Positions 19,725-28,651 of a DNA stretch of 64,000 bases are shown one piece after another. The stretch spans positions 1 through 64,000 of the forward strand of contig JBMNJG010000005.1 of NCBI GenBank assembly GCA_050951545.1, written 5' to 3'. This stretch comes from Limnochordia bacterium (GTDB lineage: Bacteria; Bacillota; Limnochordia; DTU080). The notes beneath the pieces are model-generated. The model was not told the DNA's origin and ran no database searches. It saw nothing but the letters and a program-made list of their open reading frames with translations. Both the position numbers and the translations under genes were made by a program. Positions within the stretch are counted from its first letter, which is position 1. Each line of letters starts with the position of its first letter.

Positions 19725-19973
19725 GGATACACCTTCCTCTGTGGAGACTCGAAATATGTTTTGGACCACCGACACTGGTATCTACTCGCTATGACCCGTG
19801 CTTCCCTGTCTGGACGGCTGGCGATAGCCCAGCTGTTGTTGTCAGTATAGCAACGTTATTTGCGTATTGACCTCCCTTTAAGAGAGTGTTACGCTTATAT
19901 AGCGGAACGTTCTCATTACCGCATATAAGAAGCGCTCACACTGATAGGTGAGCGTCCTACAAGGAGGGTCCAC

Positions 19974-21278
19974 ATGTGGCGTAAACCGTTCATGGCTCTG
20001 CTCCTCGTGTGTGTCTTCATAGTAGCGTGCCCAGCGTCGGCAGCTGAGAGGATCGTCTGGTGGCACTGGAATTCGGGCGAAGCAGAGGAAGCCTTTCGCG
20101 CCGTTGTCGAGTCGTTTACTCGAAATACTGGCATTGAAGTAGATGCCCAAGCGGTCGATTGGGGGGAACTCAAACAGAAGTTGCTCGTAGGGATTGCTGG
20201 CGGCGTGGCTCCCGATGCCACAGCGGTTACGTCAACCTGGTTTGAGGAGTTGGCGCTTCAGGGTGCCTTCGAGAACCTTGATCCCTACATTCAGCGTGAT
20301 AGCTCTGCTTTCTGGCGAGATATATTCCCCTCATCATTGGCTGTATGGCAACTGGAGAATGGGGCGCAGTATGCGGTCCCCTTTGACAACGATATCCCGC
20401 TGCTATTCTACAACAAAGACCTCTTTAACGATGTGGGCATCGCCTATCCCACTGACTCGACACACTGGGACGACTGGTTGACCATGGCCACCAAAAACAC
20501 CCGCGACCTCGATGGCGATGGCGTCAAGGATTACTACGGGATGACGAACTGGTGGTTCAACTGGCACATGCTGGTGTGGGCGAATAACGGAACGTTCTTT
20601 TCACCCGAGAAGAGGTCGAATCTGAACGCCCCTGCGGCACGCCAGGCTCTCGAATACTGGGCCGAGTGGTTCCGACCCAAGCGCGGACTTCTGTGCACGT
20701 GGGACGAGCTAAGGCACGTCGGCTATGACCCAGCAGCGCGCCAGTACCCTGCCCACGCCTGGAAGGGTGGGCGCATCGCCATGGCCCCTGCTGGCGCCTG
20801 GATGCCCACCCATTTCGTCTGGGATGCTACCGGAAATCAATGGAGCTTCTCGTTTGGAGTGGCGCCCCTTCCGCTCTCCTATGCTGGGCTCCGTGCCACC
20901 ACAAATGAGGGGCAGGCCAACGCTGTGCTGGCCAACTCCAACCACAAGACAGCAGCCTTCGAGTTTGCGAGATGGCTCGCAGATCACGAAGCACAAAAAA
21001 CCGCTGCCCTGCTAAACCAGTTCCCGGTGCGTCGCAGTGTGGCCCTTCAGGCCAATCTCTTCTTATCCAAGGAGAAATGGCCAGCCGATCGAAACACCGT
21101 GATTCGGGCTGCCGAATACGCCCGCGCATTTCCCAAAGGCGTGAACTGGCCAGTGAGCTCAGCAGAGATAAACAAGCTGCGTGACTACTTCAATGGCACA
21201 CTGTCACTAGACGCCGCCATTGCCAACGTCAGCAACCTTCTTGAGGCTAAACTGAGGGAACTCAACATTCTCAGGTGA
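19974..21278 (+). CDS. ABC transporter sugar-type solute-binding protein
   Basis: Signal peptide; IAGGVAPD, YAVPFD, LFYNKDLF, WDDW. Confidence 0.9.
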   Translation: MWRKPFMALLLVCVFIVACPASAAERIVWWHWNSGEAEEAFRAVVESFTRNTGIEVDAQAVDWGELKQKLLVGIAGGVAPDATAVTSTWFEELALQGAFENLDPYIQRDSSAFWRDIFPSSLAVWQLENGAQYAVPFDNDIPLLFYNKDLFNDVGIAYPTDSTHWDDWLTMATKNTRDLDGDGVKDYYGMTNWWFNWHMLVWANNGTFFSPEKRSNLNAPAARQALEYWAEWFRPKRGLLCTWDELRHVGYDPAARQYPAHAWKGGRIAMAPAGAWMPTHFVWDATGNQWSFSFGVAPLPLSYAGLRATTNEGQANAVLANSNHKTAAFEFARWLADHEAQKTAALLNQFPVRRSVALQANLFLSKEKWPADRNTVIRAAEYARAFPKGVNWPVSSAEINKLRDYFNGTLSLDAAIANVSNLLEAKLRELNILR

Positions 21279-21283
21279 ACCTA

Positions 21284-21321
21284 GCGGGGCCGTAGATAAC
21301 TCTACCGGCCCCGCCCCGTTT
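21284..21321. terminator. Hairpin between convergent genes
   Basis: GCGGGGCCG-TAGA..TCTAC-CGGCCCCGC. Confidence 0.65.
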
Positions 21322-21322
21322 C

Positions 21323-23272
21323 CTACGACTGCACCTGAGCTCGCTTGTCAGCCTCTCCCGCGTACCTCCCCAGCCAAGTCTTCCATTGCACGCAATCGCA
21401 GACTTCGTGTAGTTGGTCCTCATGCTGTATCACGTAATCAGCAGCGGCCCTGTAGGCAGTGGCCAGATCGCTGTAACGACCCGCAGCCAGGCCCTGCAAG
21501 CCTTTGAGGATAATCTCCATAAACGCGACTCCGTGACGCAGGTAGAACCAAGAGGCCTTCACACCCGCTGGCATAGCGCTCGCGGATGCGAGATACTGCT
21601 CTGTCAAGCTTCTTAGTTCGGACAGAACAGCCTCCGCCTGCTTCAGGTTTGCCTGATATGCTTCGTCAGGCGTCGGTTTCAGCCGGAAGGGAAGATCAGA
21701 GTCCATCAAGACGCTGAGTTTCTCCATCTTCTCTTGCACCTGAGCACCCGCATCACCAAAAGCGGCTGCAAAGTACTCCTGGCGAATCTGAGCCAAAGGC
21801 GTGCTCTTATCCCACATCGCTCGACCACTGACCTCCATGGCCACACCTGTGGGGAAGAAGTAGCGCTGCACTTGGCAGTTGACGATGCCCTGCAAGCCAA
21901 GGCGCTCTGTATCCACAATATCTCGGTAGAGTATATCCGCGATGAAAAGGCCCGTAGGCTCGATGATCGAGGGCTTCCACAAGAGATGATAATCAAAGGT
22001 GAAGGCATCTCCAGAGAAGCTCTTCTGCCATTCCTTGAGGTAGTGTACGTTCACCGCGGTGGAGCGGGGAAACACGTTACGATTTAGCTCGAACGGACGC
22101 GGCTCCTCCGTCGAGGGGCCCATGGTGCCCTCTAGCAGGCCCTGTCGGTAGTTCCGAGAGATGGGCGCAAACATCAGAATAAACCGATCGGGGTTCTCAA
22201 GTTTCGTCTGTTCGGGCGCCCACAGCAGATCAACGTAGATGAGGAAAATAAGCTTAGTGGGCAGACCTTCTTTTCTGAGACCCGCATCAATGGCATTGAG
22301 CACATCCACATACCAATCGGAGGGCTGCTTCTGACGACAGCCGTCGCACTCACAACGGTTGTTGGATCCGTCAGACATCCAGATGTGCAGCATGTCCACG
22401 GCCGGATGCTCTTTCGCGTACTGGACAATGTAATCAACCAGGGTCTTGAAGGCTCGAGGATTCGACAGGCAGAGCTCGGTATTGATTGGCACGCCGCGCC
22501 ACCAGTCGCGCTTGCCATTGACCAGCGCCAAGAGTTCCTGCTTCTCAGGCGGTAGTGCCTCCTCAGTGCGAATCCACCCCAGGCCACGCACGTCCAAGCA
22601 CTCACAGGTCCAGCTGTGACCCACCATTTGCAGTGCGAGGCCTCGCTTCTTGATCTCCTCTGTCAACTGAGCCGTATACGCCTCAGCCTGCTCTACCTTG
22701 AGTAGTGGTTTCTCGTTGTTCCTGTCATACCAGCGACTCCAGAACATATAGCCGTTCTGAAACTGAATGAAGTACGTGTTAAAGCGTTTCTTCGTCATGT
22801 AGCTGACCATGTCGGTGGCATGCTCAATAGAGACACCGCCTTCGATGCACACGCCCCGGTACCGATAGCTGGCGTACTCAGATACTGAATAGCCGTCGAG
22901 TTTCGCCGACACACCTTGCGGCAGAATCTCACCGTCGGCACCCATTCTCACCCAGCGACAGCCCAGGCTCTCCAGATACGCGTACACGGAAAACAGCACA
23001 CTGCGGGGGTTGGTTCCCGACAGCAAGAGCTGGTCCGTGCCCATGGAACGCAAGAAAATCCCATCGTCCAGCATGTGGTTGCTCTGAGGTGCTGGGAACA
23101 CCGTCCCAAAGGCGTCCCATACACCTAGCCAGATACCCGCTGACGCGGGTTCATAGGCCGAGCGAACACTAATGCTAGCCTGACCTCCGCCGATGCGCTC
23201 CAGGTAACGCGCCAACTCCTCCGCAGCAAAGCCTACCACAGGCTCATCGCCAACTGTGAATATCTTCAACAC
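21323..23272 (-). CDS. DUF4838-like putative glycoside hydrolase, paralog 1
   Basis: FAAEEL.RYL, G.NPRSVLF.VY.YLE.LGCRW, YRG, LCLSNP, D..CECDGC. Confidence 0.8.
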   Translation of the reverse strand: MLKIFTVGDEPVVGFAAEELARYLERIGGGQASISVRSAYEPASAGIWLGVWDAFGTVFPAPQSNHMLDDGIFLRSMGTDQLLLSGTNPRSVLFSVYAYLESLGCRWVRMGADGEILPQGVSAKLDGYSVSEYASYRYRGVCIEGGVSIEHATDMVSYMTKKRFNTYFIQFQNGYMFWSRWYDRNNEKPLLKVEQAEAYTAQLTEEIKKRGLALQMVGHSWTCECLDVRGLGWIRTEEALPPEKQELLALVNGKRDWWRGVPINTELCLSNPRAFKTLVDYIVQYAKEHPAVDMLHIWMSDGSNNRCECDGCRQKQPSDWYVDVLNAIDAGLRKEGLPTKLIFLIYVDLLWAPEQTKLENPDRFILMFAPISRNYRQGLLEGTMGPSTEEPRPFELNRNVFPRSTAVNVHYLKEWQKSFSGDAFTFDYHLLWKPSIIEPTGLFIADILYRDIVDTERLGLQGIVNCQVQRYFFPTGVAMEVSGRAMWDKSTPLAQIRQEYFAAAFGDAGAQVQEKMEKLSVLMDSDLPFRLKPTPDEAYQANLKQAEAVLSELRSLTEQYLASASAMPAGVKASWFYLRHGVAFMEIILKGLQGLAAGRYSDLATAYRAAADYVIQHEDQLHEVCDCVQWKTWLGRYAGEADKRAQVQS

Positions 23273-24048
23273 TGTGTTTCATCCTTTCTCGAGAGACCAG
23301 ACTCCCGCAACACCTCTTGTAGCCGATCCGGGTAGTTCGTGATGATCGCGTCGACACCCAAGGCAATAAGACTGCGCATGGTGTCAGGCTCATTTGGCGT
23401 CCAAGCCCTGACTTCGACACCCCGGCTGTGAGCTTCATCCATCAGCTCAGCATCGATTGCGCCCGCATTGGGGTGCAGATCCCACCCCTGATCGACCGCG
23501 TCCTGCCAGGGTTCCGGAAATGGCCTGGAGTACAGCAACGCCGCACGCACGGAAGGAGCCTTGCGCCGCAACTCCAACAGATACTCACGGTTGAAAGACG
23601 AGACCACCAGACTATCTACCAACCCGTTGCGGGAGATGTGCTCGATAAGGCGATCAATGATCCCTGGATAAGCGCCATGGTAGCCCGCCTTCACCTCTAC
23701 ATTAAGCGCCATCTTCCCTTTCACGAAGTCCATGACTTCCTGTAGGGTAGGCACCTGCTCGCCTGCGTACGCCGGAGCAAACCAAGTACCGGCATCGAGC
23801 CTCTTGATCTCAGCCAAGCTGAGGTCGCTGACAGCCCCACTGCCATTGGTCGTGCGATCAACCTTGGCGTCGTGAATCACAATGAGTTCGCCATCTCGGC
23901 TCTGATGGATATCAAGCTCAGACATGTGAGCCTGCAGTTCGATGGCTTTCGCGAAGGCAGCCAGTGTGTTCTCTGGTGCATATCCCATAGCACCACGGTG
24001 ACCAATAACACTGAAACCGTCCAGTGGTCGATGCCGCGAATTCATCAA
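23266..24048 (-). CDS. Glycerophosphodiester phosphodiesterase
   Basis: GHRGA..APENTL.AF, ELDIH, HD, NVEVK, SSF, IITNYPD. Confidence 0.95.
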   Translation of the reverse strand: MMNSRHRPLDGFSVIGHRGAMGYAPENTLAAFAKAIELQAHMSELDIHQSRDGELIVIHDAKVDRTTNGSGAVSDLSLAEIKRLDAGTWFAPAYAGEQVPTLQEVMDFVKGKMALNVEVKAGYHGAYPGIIDRLIEHISRNGLVDSLVVSSFNREYLLELRRKAPSVRAALLYSRPFPEPWQDAVDQGWDLHPNAGAIDAELMDEAHSRGVEVRAWTPNEPDTMRSLIALGVDAIITNYPDRLQEVLRESGLSRKDETQC

Positions 24049-24821
24049 GGCTTACTCCTCTCAGGATGATACTCCCGCCACACCTTCTGCAACACTTCCG
24101 GATAGTTGGTGCCGATGCCGTCCACACCGAGGGCGACCAAGGGCCGCATCTTCTCGGCCTCGTTGGGGTTCCAGGCCCGAATCAACACCCCTCGCGCATG
24201 CGCCTCATCCACCAAACGAGCGTCCACTAGACTCAGATGTGGATGCAGATCCCAACCCTGATCTACCGCGTCCTGCCAAGGTTCGTCAAAGGCCTTCGAG
24301 TACAGGAGTGCAGCTTTGATGTGAGGCGCCTTGCGGCGCAACTCAACGAGGTAGGGACGGTAGAACGAGGAAACCACCACACTGTCTACTATCTTGTGTC
24401 GCTCGATCTCGGTGATGAGAGAATCAATGATGCCTGGATACAATCCCTCTCGGCCAGCTTTCACCTCAACGTTGAGCGCGATCTTTCCCTTAACTAGCTC
24501 CATCACTTCCTGCAGAATGGGCACGCGCTCGCCAGCAAACTCTGGAGCGAACCGACTGCCAGCATCGAGGCTCTTGATCTCGGCTAGAGTGAGATCCGAG
24601 ATCAGCCCTACAGCACCAGTCGTGCGCTCAACGCTAGGGTCATGCATGACAACGAGCTCACCATCTTTGCTTAGGTGAACGTCAAGCTCCGTCATGTCCG
24701 CCTTCAACTCAATGGCCTTGGCAAACGAGACCAATGTGTTTTCTGGCGCATGCCCCATAGCTCCTCGGTGGCCCAACACACAAAACTCGCCGAGCGGTCG
24801 GCGTAAATTCCCTGCCTCCAT
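24045..24821 (-). CDS. Glycerophosphodiester phosphodiesterase (tandem paralog)
   Basis: GHRGA..APENTL, ELDVH, HD, NVEVK, TNYPE. Confidence 0.95.
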   Translation of the reverse strand: MEAGNLRRPLGEFCVLGHRGAMGHAPENTLVSFAKAIELKADMTELDVHLSKDGELVVMHDPSVERTTGAVGLISDLTLAEIKSLDAGSRFAPEFAGERVPILQEVMELVKGKIALNVEVKAGREGLYPGIIDSLITEIERHKIVDSVVVSSFYRPYLVELRRKAPHIKAALLYSKAFDEPWQDAVDQGWDLHPHLSLVDARLVDEAHARGVLIRAWNPNEAEKMRPLVALGVDGIGTNYPEVLQKVWREYHPERSKP

Positions 24822-24874
24822 GATTCTTCACCTCTCAGTATCTGAAGACATCGCGTCAAGATGAACGCAGCCGA

Positions 24875-26218
24875 CTACCAGGAGACGGAGGCCAGCGCAA
24901 TAGTTCGAGCCAACTCCTCCAAGCAACCTGCAGCTGCGGCTGCGTCCAATATGCCAAAACGGTTACGTAGCTCTCGAGCATACAACAGAGCTTTCTCGGT
25001 GTCTTCTGGCGCAATCCCCAACTCATGCGGAGTGGCGGCCAGGCCTTGCACTCGCAGTAGACGGATGATTTCGGCGGGTTTGGGCACTGCATGCGCAAGC
25101 ACACGCCTGCTGCAGGTCCAGCGAGCCTCAGCCTCAGCGTGTGAGAGGGCGCCCAACGCTCGGGTGTCCTTCCCTTGAGTCTCAGCCCCCACGCTCTCTG
25201 CAGCAGGTCCGTAACCCTTCTCCAAACGCTGCTGACGAGCCCGCCTATCGCTCAAGTGATCAAGGCGAAGATGCCATTGCTCGGCAGAGGCAGCCAGACG
25301 TTCTCTGGCCATCATTGCGTGATATACTGCGGCCAGAAGAACCGTCCCCACTGCCACATGCTCTCCATGCAGATGACCCTCCTCGCCGCGGGCAAGAGCC
25401 TGCATCTCCCAGTAGTGTGAGATATGGTGCTCCCCTCCAGAGGCGGGGCGTGAGTTACCAGCACAGACCATGGCGTGCCCAGTGATCAGCAGTGCACGCA
25501 TAGTAGCTTCTACCAACGAAGCCTCTGCGCCTTCTGCCCGTAGGGCGCTGCTTCGACAGCTATCCACGGCCTCGTACACACTCTTACTAAGTGCCGCACA
25601 CCAATACTCACCCGTCATCACATGCCCCAGACGCCAGTCTGCTAATGACGTGAATTTCCCGAGAACATCACCGAGTCCCGCCTGAGTGAGCCTTCTGGGA
25701 GCCTCTGCCAGCACCTGTGTGTCGGCCACCATAGCCCGAGGGGGCTGGGCGGGACAAGTCAACTTGTACCCATTGACGATGATCGGTGAGTGTCCCGACA
25801 AATATCCATCCATGGATGCTGCTGTAGCCACGGCCACAAAGGGCTTGCCCATGCGGAATGCTGCCAACCGGGTCACGTCCGTAATACAACCCGAACCTAC
25901 CGAGACAAGGCCATCGGTCTGACGAGCAGCCCTCTGCACCTGCTGAACCACTGCTTCTTCAGCCCTCAGCTGACCGGGGTAGATGTACCTCACCTTGACT
26001 GTCTCTGCCAAAACCTCTTCTGCCTGGCGTGTAATCGCTGCAGTATTCTCATCAGCCACTACACAAACCGCATCGCCAATATGCTCTTTGGTGATATGAC
26101 GCAGCTGCCCCAGTACAGAGTGCCCCAGCCACACATCCGGCATCGCCGCTTCCGCTGCGTGAACCCTCCCGCATTGGCAATTGTCAAGACATGGCTGCTG
26201 CCATCGCCCAACGCTCAT
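24875..26218 (-). CDS. egsA: sn-glycerol-1-phosphate dehydrogenase (AraM/EgsA type)
   Basis: N-term C.CGRVH; VGSG.ITD, TAASMDGY, AGLGD.LGK, SRPASGGEHHISH, LHGE.V. Confidence 0.88.
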   Translation of the reverse strand: MSVGRWQQPCLDNCQCGRVHAAEAAMPDVWLGHSVLGQLRHITKEHIGDAVCVVADENTAAITRQAEEVLAETVKVRYIYPGQLRAEEAVVQQVQRAARQTDGLVSVGSGCITDVTRLAAFRMGKPFVAVATAASMDGYLSGHSPIIVNGYKLTCPAQPPRAMVADTQVLAEAPRRLTQAGLGDVLGKFTSLADWRLGHVMTGEYWCAALSKSVYEAVDSCRSSALRAEGAEASLVEATMRALLITGHAMVCAGNSRPASGGEHHISHYWEMQALARGEEGHLHGEHVAVGTVLLAAVYHAMMARERLAASAEQWHLRLDHLSDRRARQQRLEKGYGPAAESVGAETQGKDTRALGALSHAEAEARWTCSRRVLAHAVPKPAEIIRLLRVQGLAATPHELGIAPEDTEKALLYARELRNRFGILDAAAAAGCLEELARTIALASVSW

Positions 26219-26359
26219 CGGTACTCACCTCCCCACCCCTGCAGCCATCTATCCTCTCGTTTTTTCGGTATGCAGCCGACGATGCCTGCATCGTGTTCGC
26301 AGGACTCTGACCTTCTTAAGAGAAGCGGCAGAAAGAAGAGCTCAACAGAGGTGAGCACC

Positions 26360-27640
26360 TTGACGCATTCAGGTTTCTCATGGTCTGCGCATGAGTGCCA
26401 GCGCATCGCGCAGGAGGCGTTGGAGCTCTGCCAGGTTCTCGTCCGTACGAACACAGCCAATCCCTATAGTGGTGATCCAAACCCGGGTGGTGAAGCCGCT
26501 GGCCAAGCTGTGATTAGGTCATGGCTAGCTGAGACCGGAGCCGCCATCACGGAGTTTGAACCGCCATCGGATATCTACGCGCGCATGGGAGTGACTGGTC
26601 CTGAACAACGCCAGTTTGAGGGCCGCCCCAACCTCGTGGCTGAATGGCAGTTCGGTTCGGGAATTGGACCGCGCATTCTGCTCCAGGGCCACATGGATAC
26701 GGTCGGTACGCAAGACATGACCATCGAGCCCTTCAGTGGTACTATCAGCAATGGCCGTATCTGGGGCCGGGGGGCCAGCGACATGAAGGGCGGCCTCGCT
26801 GCAGCGGTAGCTGCTGTGCGAGCAGTCCGCCGTCACACTGATGGTCTCAACGGTTCGCTAGTGCTGCTGAGCGTTGTTGACGAGGAATGTGACGGCATAG
26901 GAGCCGGAGCCTTAGCCTGCTTGGATCGCGGGTATCGAGGCGATGTGGTCATCTGTGTGGACGGCACCGGGCCGACCATTCACGTCGGCTGTAACGGCGT
27001 TGTCACAGCAAAGGTCCGTCTGCGCGGCCGTGGCGGTCACGCTGCTGGCCGTAGCACAACCCCCAACGCACTGGTTCGAGCACTCGCAGTGGCACAGGCG
27101 ATCAACGCTTTCGGCGACGAGCGACACGAAAGCGTAGGTGTAGGCGTCAATCTGGGGGTCTTTAGAGCGGGCTCACACCACAGCGCTATGCCCACCACCG
27201 CAGAGCTGGCAGTGAACATCTCCTACACGTTGGCGGAAGCCAAAGAGAGCCACAGCAGTGGAGAGGGTTACGGCGGTCACCTGGTGAAGAATGCCTTTGC
27301 CCAAACTGTCAAGGCAGCGGATGCACAAGCGGAGCTGGAATGGGTCAAGGACGCTATTCCGTTCGATCCTTTACAGAGCGATCATCCAGAGATACTGGCA
27401 TTGCAGCAGGCCCAACGCACAATGCTGGGAACACTACCATCAGTGGCCCCATTTTACGCCTGGAGCGATGCCTGCTACCAATCGTATCTGGGAGGCATGC
27501 CTACGCTGATCTTTGGCGCAGGAACACCAAATGCTGCACACAGCCCTGAGGAATACAACGAAATAGAGCGCATAACAGGATGTGCCCAGGCCCTAACTGG
27601 CTATCTCTATAGCAGGTTGGGCGGCAGCCGCGAGGACTGA
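26360..27640 (+). CDS. M20 ArgE/DapE-like deacylase
   Basis: GHMDTV, GRGASDMKGG, DEE, GGHA, AHSPEE; start trimmed to TTG behind GAGGTG. Confidence 0.88.
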   Translation: MTHSGFSWSAHECQRIAQEALELCQVLVRTNTANPYSGDPNPGGEAAGQAVIRSWLAETGAAITEFEPPSDIYARMGVTGPEQRQFEGRPNLVAEWQFGSGIGPRILLQGHMDTVGTQDMTIEPFSGTISNGRIWGRGASDMKGGLAAAVAAVRAVRRHTDGLNGSLVLLSVVDEECDGIGAGALACLDRGYRGDVVICVDGTGPTIHVGCNGVVTAKVRLRGRGGHAAGRSTTPNALVRALAVAQAINAFGDERHESVGVGVNLGVFRAGSHHSAMPTTAELAVNISYTLAEAKESHSSGEGYGGHLVKNAFAQTVKAADAQAELEWVKDAIPFDPLQSDHPEILALQQAQRTMLGTLPSVAPFYAWSDACYQSYLGGMPTLIFGAGTPNAAHSPEEYNEIERITGCAQALTGYLYSRLGGSRED

Positions 27641-27688
27641 GTTGCCATGTTCGGGCTGGGCAAAATCATGAGATGAGGTGCATCGAGA

Positions 27689-28582
27689 ATGGCAGAGTTG
27701 AAGCTCGGCATGATCGGTCTGGACACGTCACATTGCACAGCCTTCTCAGGTCTTCTCAACAATGAGGAGCATCCATATCACGTCCCGGGGGCAAGAATCA
27801 CCTACGCCTTTCCTGCTGGCAGCCAGCAATTCTCCCTGAGTCGAGAGCGTGTTGAGCGTATTACAGCAGAGGTTCGCGACAAGGCTGGTGTGGAGATTCT
27901 CAATTCCATCGAAGCCGTGGCAGAACGGGCGGATGCTATTCTGCTGACCAGTGTTGACGGTCGCCTGCACCTGGAGGAGTTTCGGAAGCTGGCCCCCTTT
28001 GGTAAACCGGTCTTCATCGACAAGCCCTTTGCTACCACCGTAGCTGACGCTAAGGAGATCTTCGCCCTGTCGCAACAACATAAGGCGCCCGTATTGTCCT
28101 GCTCTTCCATCCGCTACTCCAAGGGCCTGGTCGAGCTAGGTGAGGATGCCGACGTCTTCGGGTGCGAGGCCTTTGGTCCGGCGGCGATTCTCGACGATTT
28201 CCCTGGACTGTTCTGGTATGGCATCCACACCGCCGAAGTGCTGTTCAGCAAGATGGGGGCGGGCTGCAAAGAAGTCTCCACTCGCAAGACGGAGATGGCT
28301 GACATGGTCACTGGGGTCTGGGAAGACGGGCGCATCGGCACGCTTTTCGGCTTCCGTTTCAAAGGACTTGGTGGTTTTGGAGCAACAGTCTACTCTTCTA
28401 AGGGGATTGAGCACGGGGTAGGAGCTGGGCAACCGCCCGCCTATGCTCTGATGCTCGACAAGATCCTCGAGTTCTTCCGCACGGGCGTCTCGCCAATCGA
28501 TAGCCAAGTGACGCTCGAGATCATCGCCTTCCTTGAAGCAGCTAATAAGAGCCGCGAGTCTGGCGGGGTTATTGCACTCTAG
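27689..28582 (+). CDS. Gfo/Idh/MocA-family oxidoreductase
   Basis: GMIGLDTSH, FIDKP, SSIRY, WYGIH. Confidence 0.88.
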   Translation: MAELKLGMIGLDTSHCTAFSGLLNNEEHPYHVPGARITYAFPAGSQQFSLSRERVERITAEVRDKAGVEILNSIEAVAERADAILLTSVDGRLHLEEFRKLAPFGKPVFIDKPFATTVADAKEIFALSQQHKAPVLSCSSIRYSKGLVELGEDADVFGCEAFGPAAILDDFPGLFWYGIHTAEVLFSKMGAGCKEVSTRKTEMADMVTGVWEDGRIGTLFGFRFKGLGGFGATVYSSKGIEHGVGAGQPPAYALMLDKILEFFRTGVSPIDSQVTLEIIAFLEAANKSRESGGVIAL

Positions 28583-28588
28583 GCATCA

Positions 28589-28621
28589 AGTACGCCCGAG
28601 CCAGGAAGGCCCGGGCGTACT
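28589..28621 (-). repeat. REP/terminator-like hairpin, copy 2
   Basis: AGTACGCCCGAGCC-N5-GGCCCGGGCGTACT. Confidence 0.7.
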
Positions 28622-28651
28622 CCTTCTAAAGAAGCAAGTCGGTCAATCGCA

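Noticed and set aside
25790-26359. N-terminal extension of the 616-aa ORF
   Set aside because: Antisense overlap with G1P dehydrogenase; M20 similarity starts near 26360.
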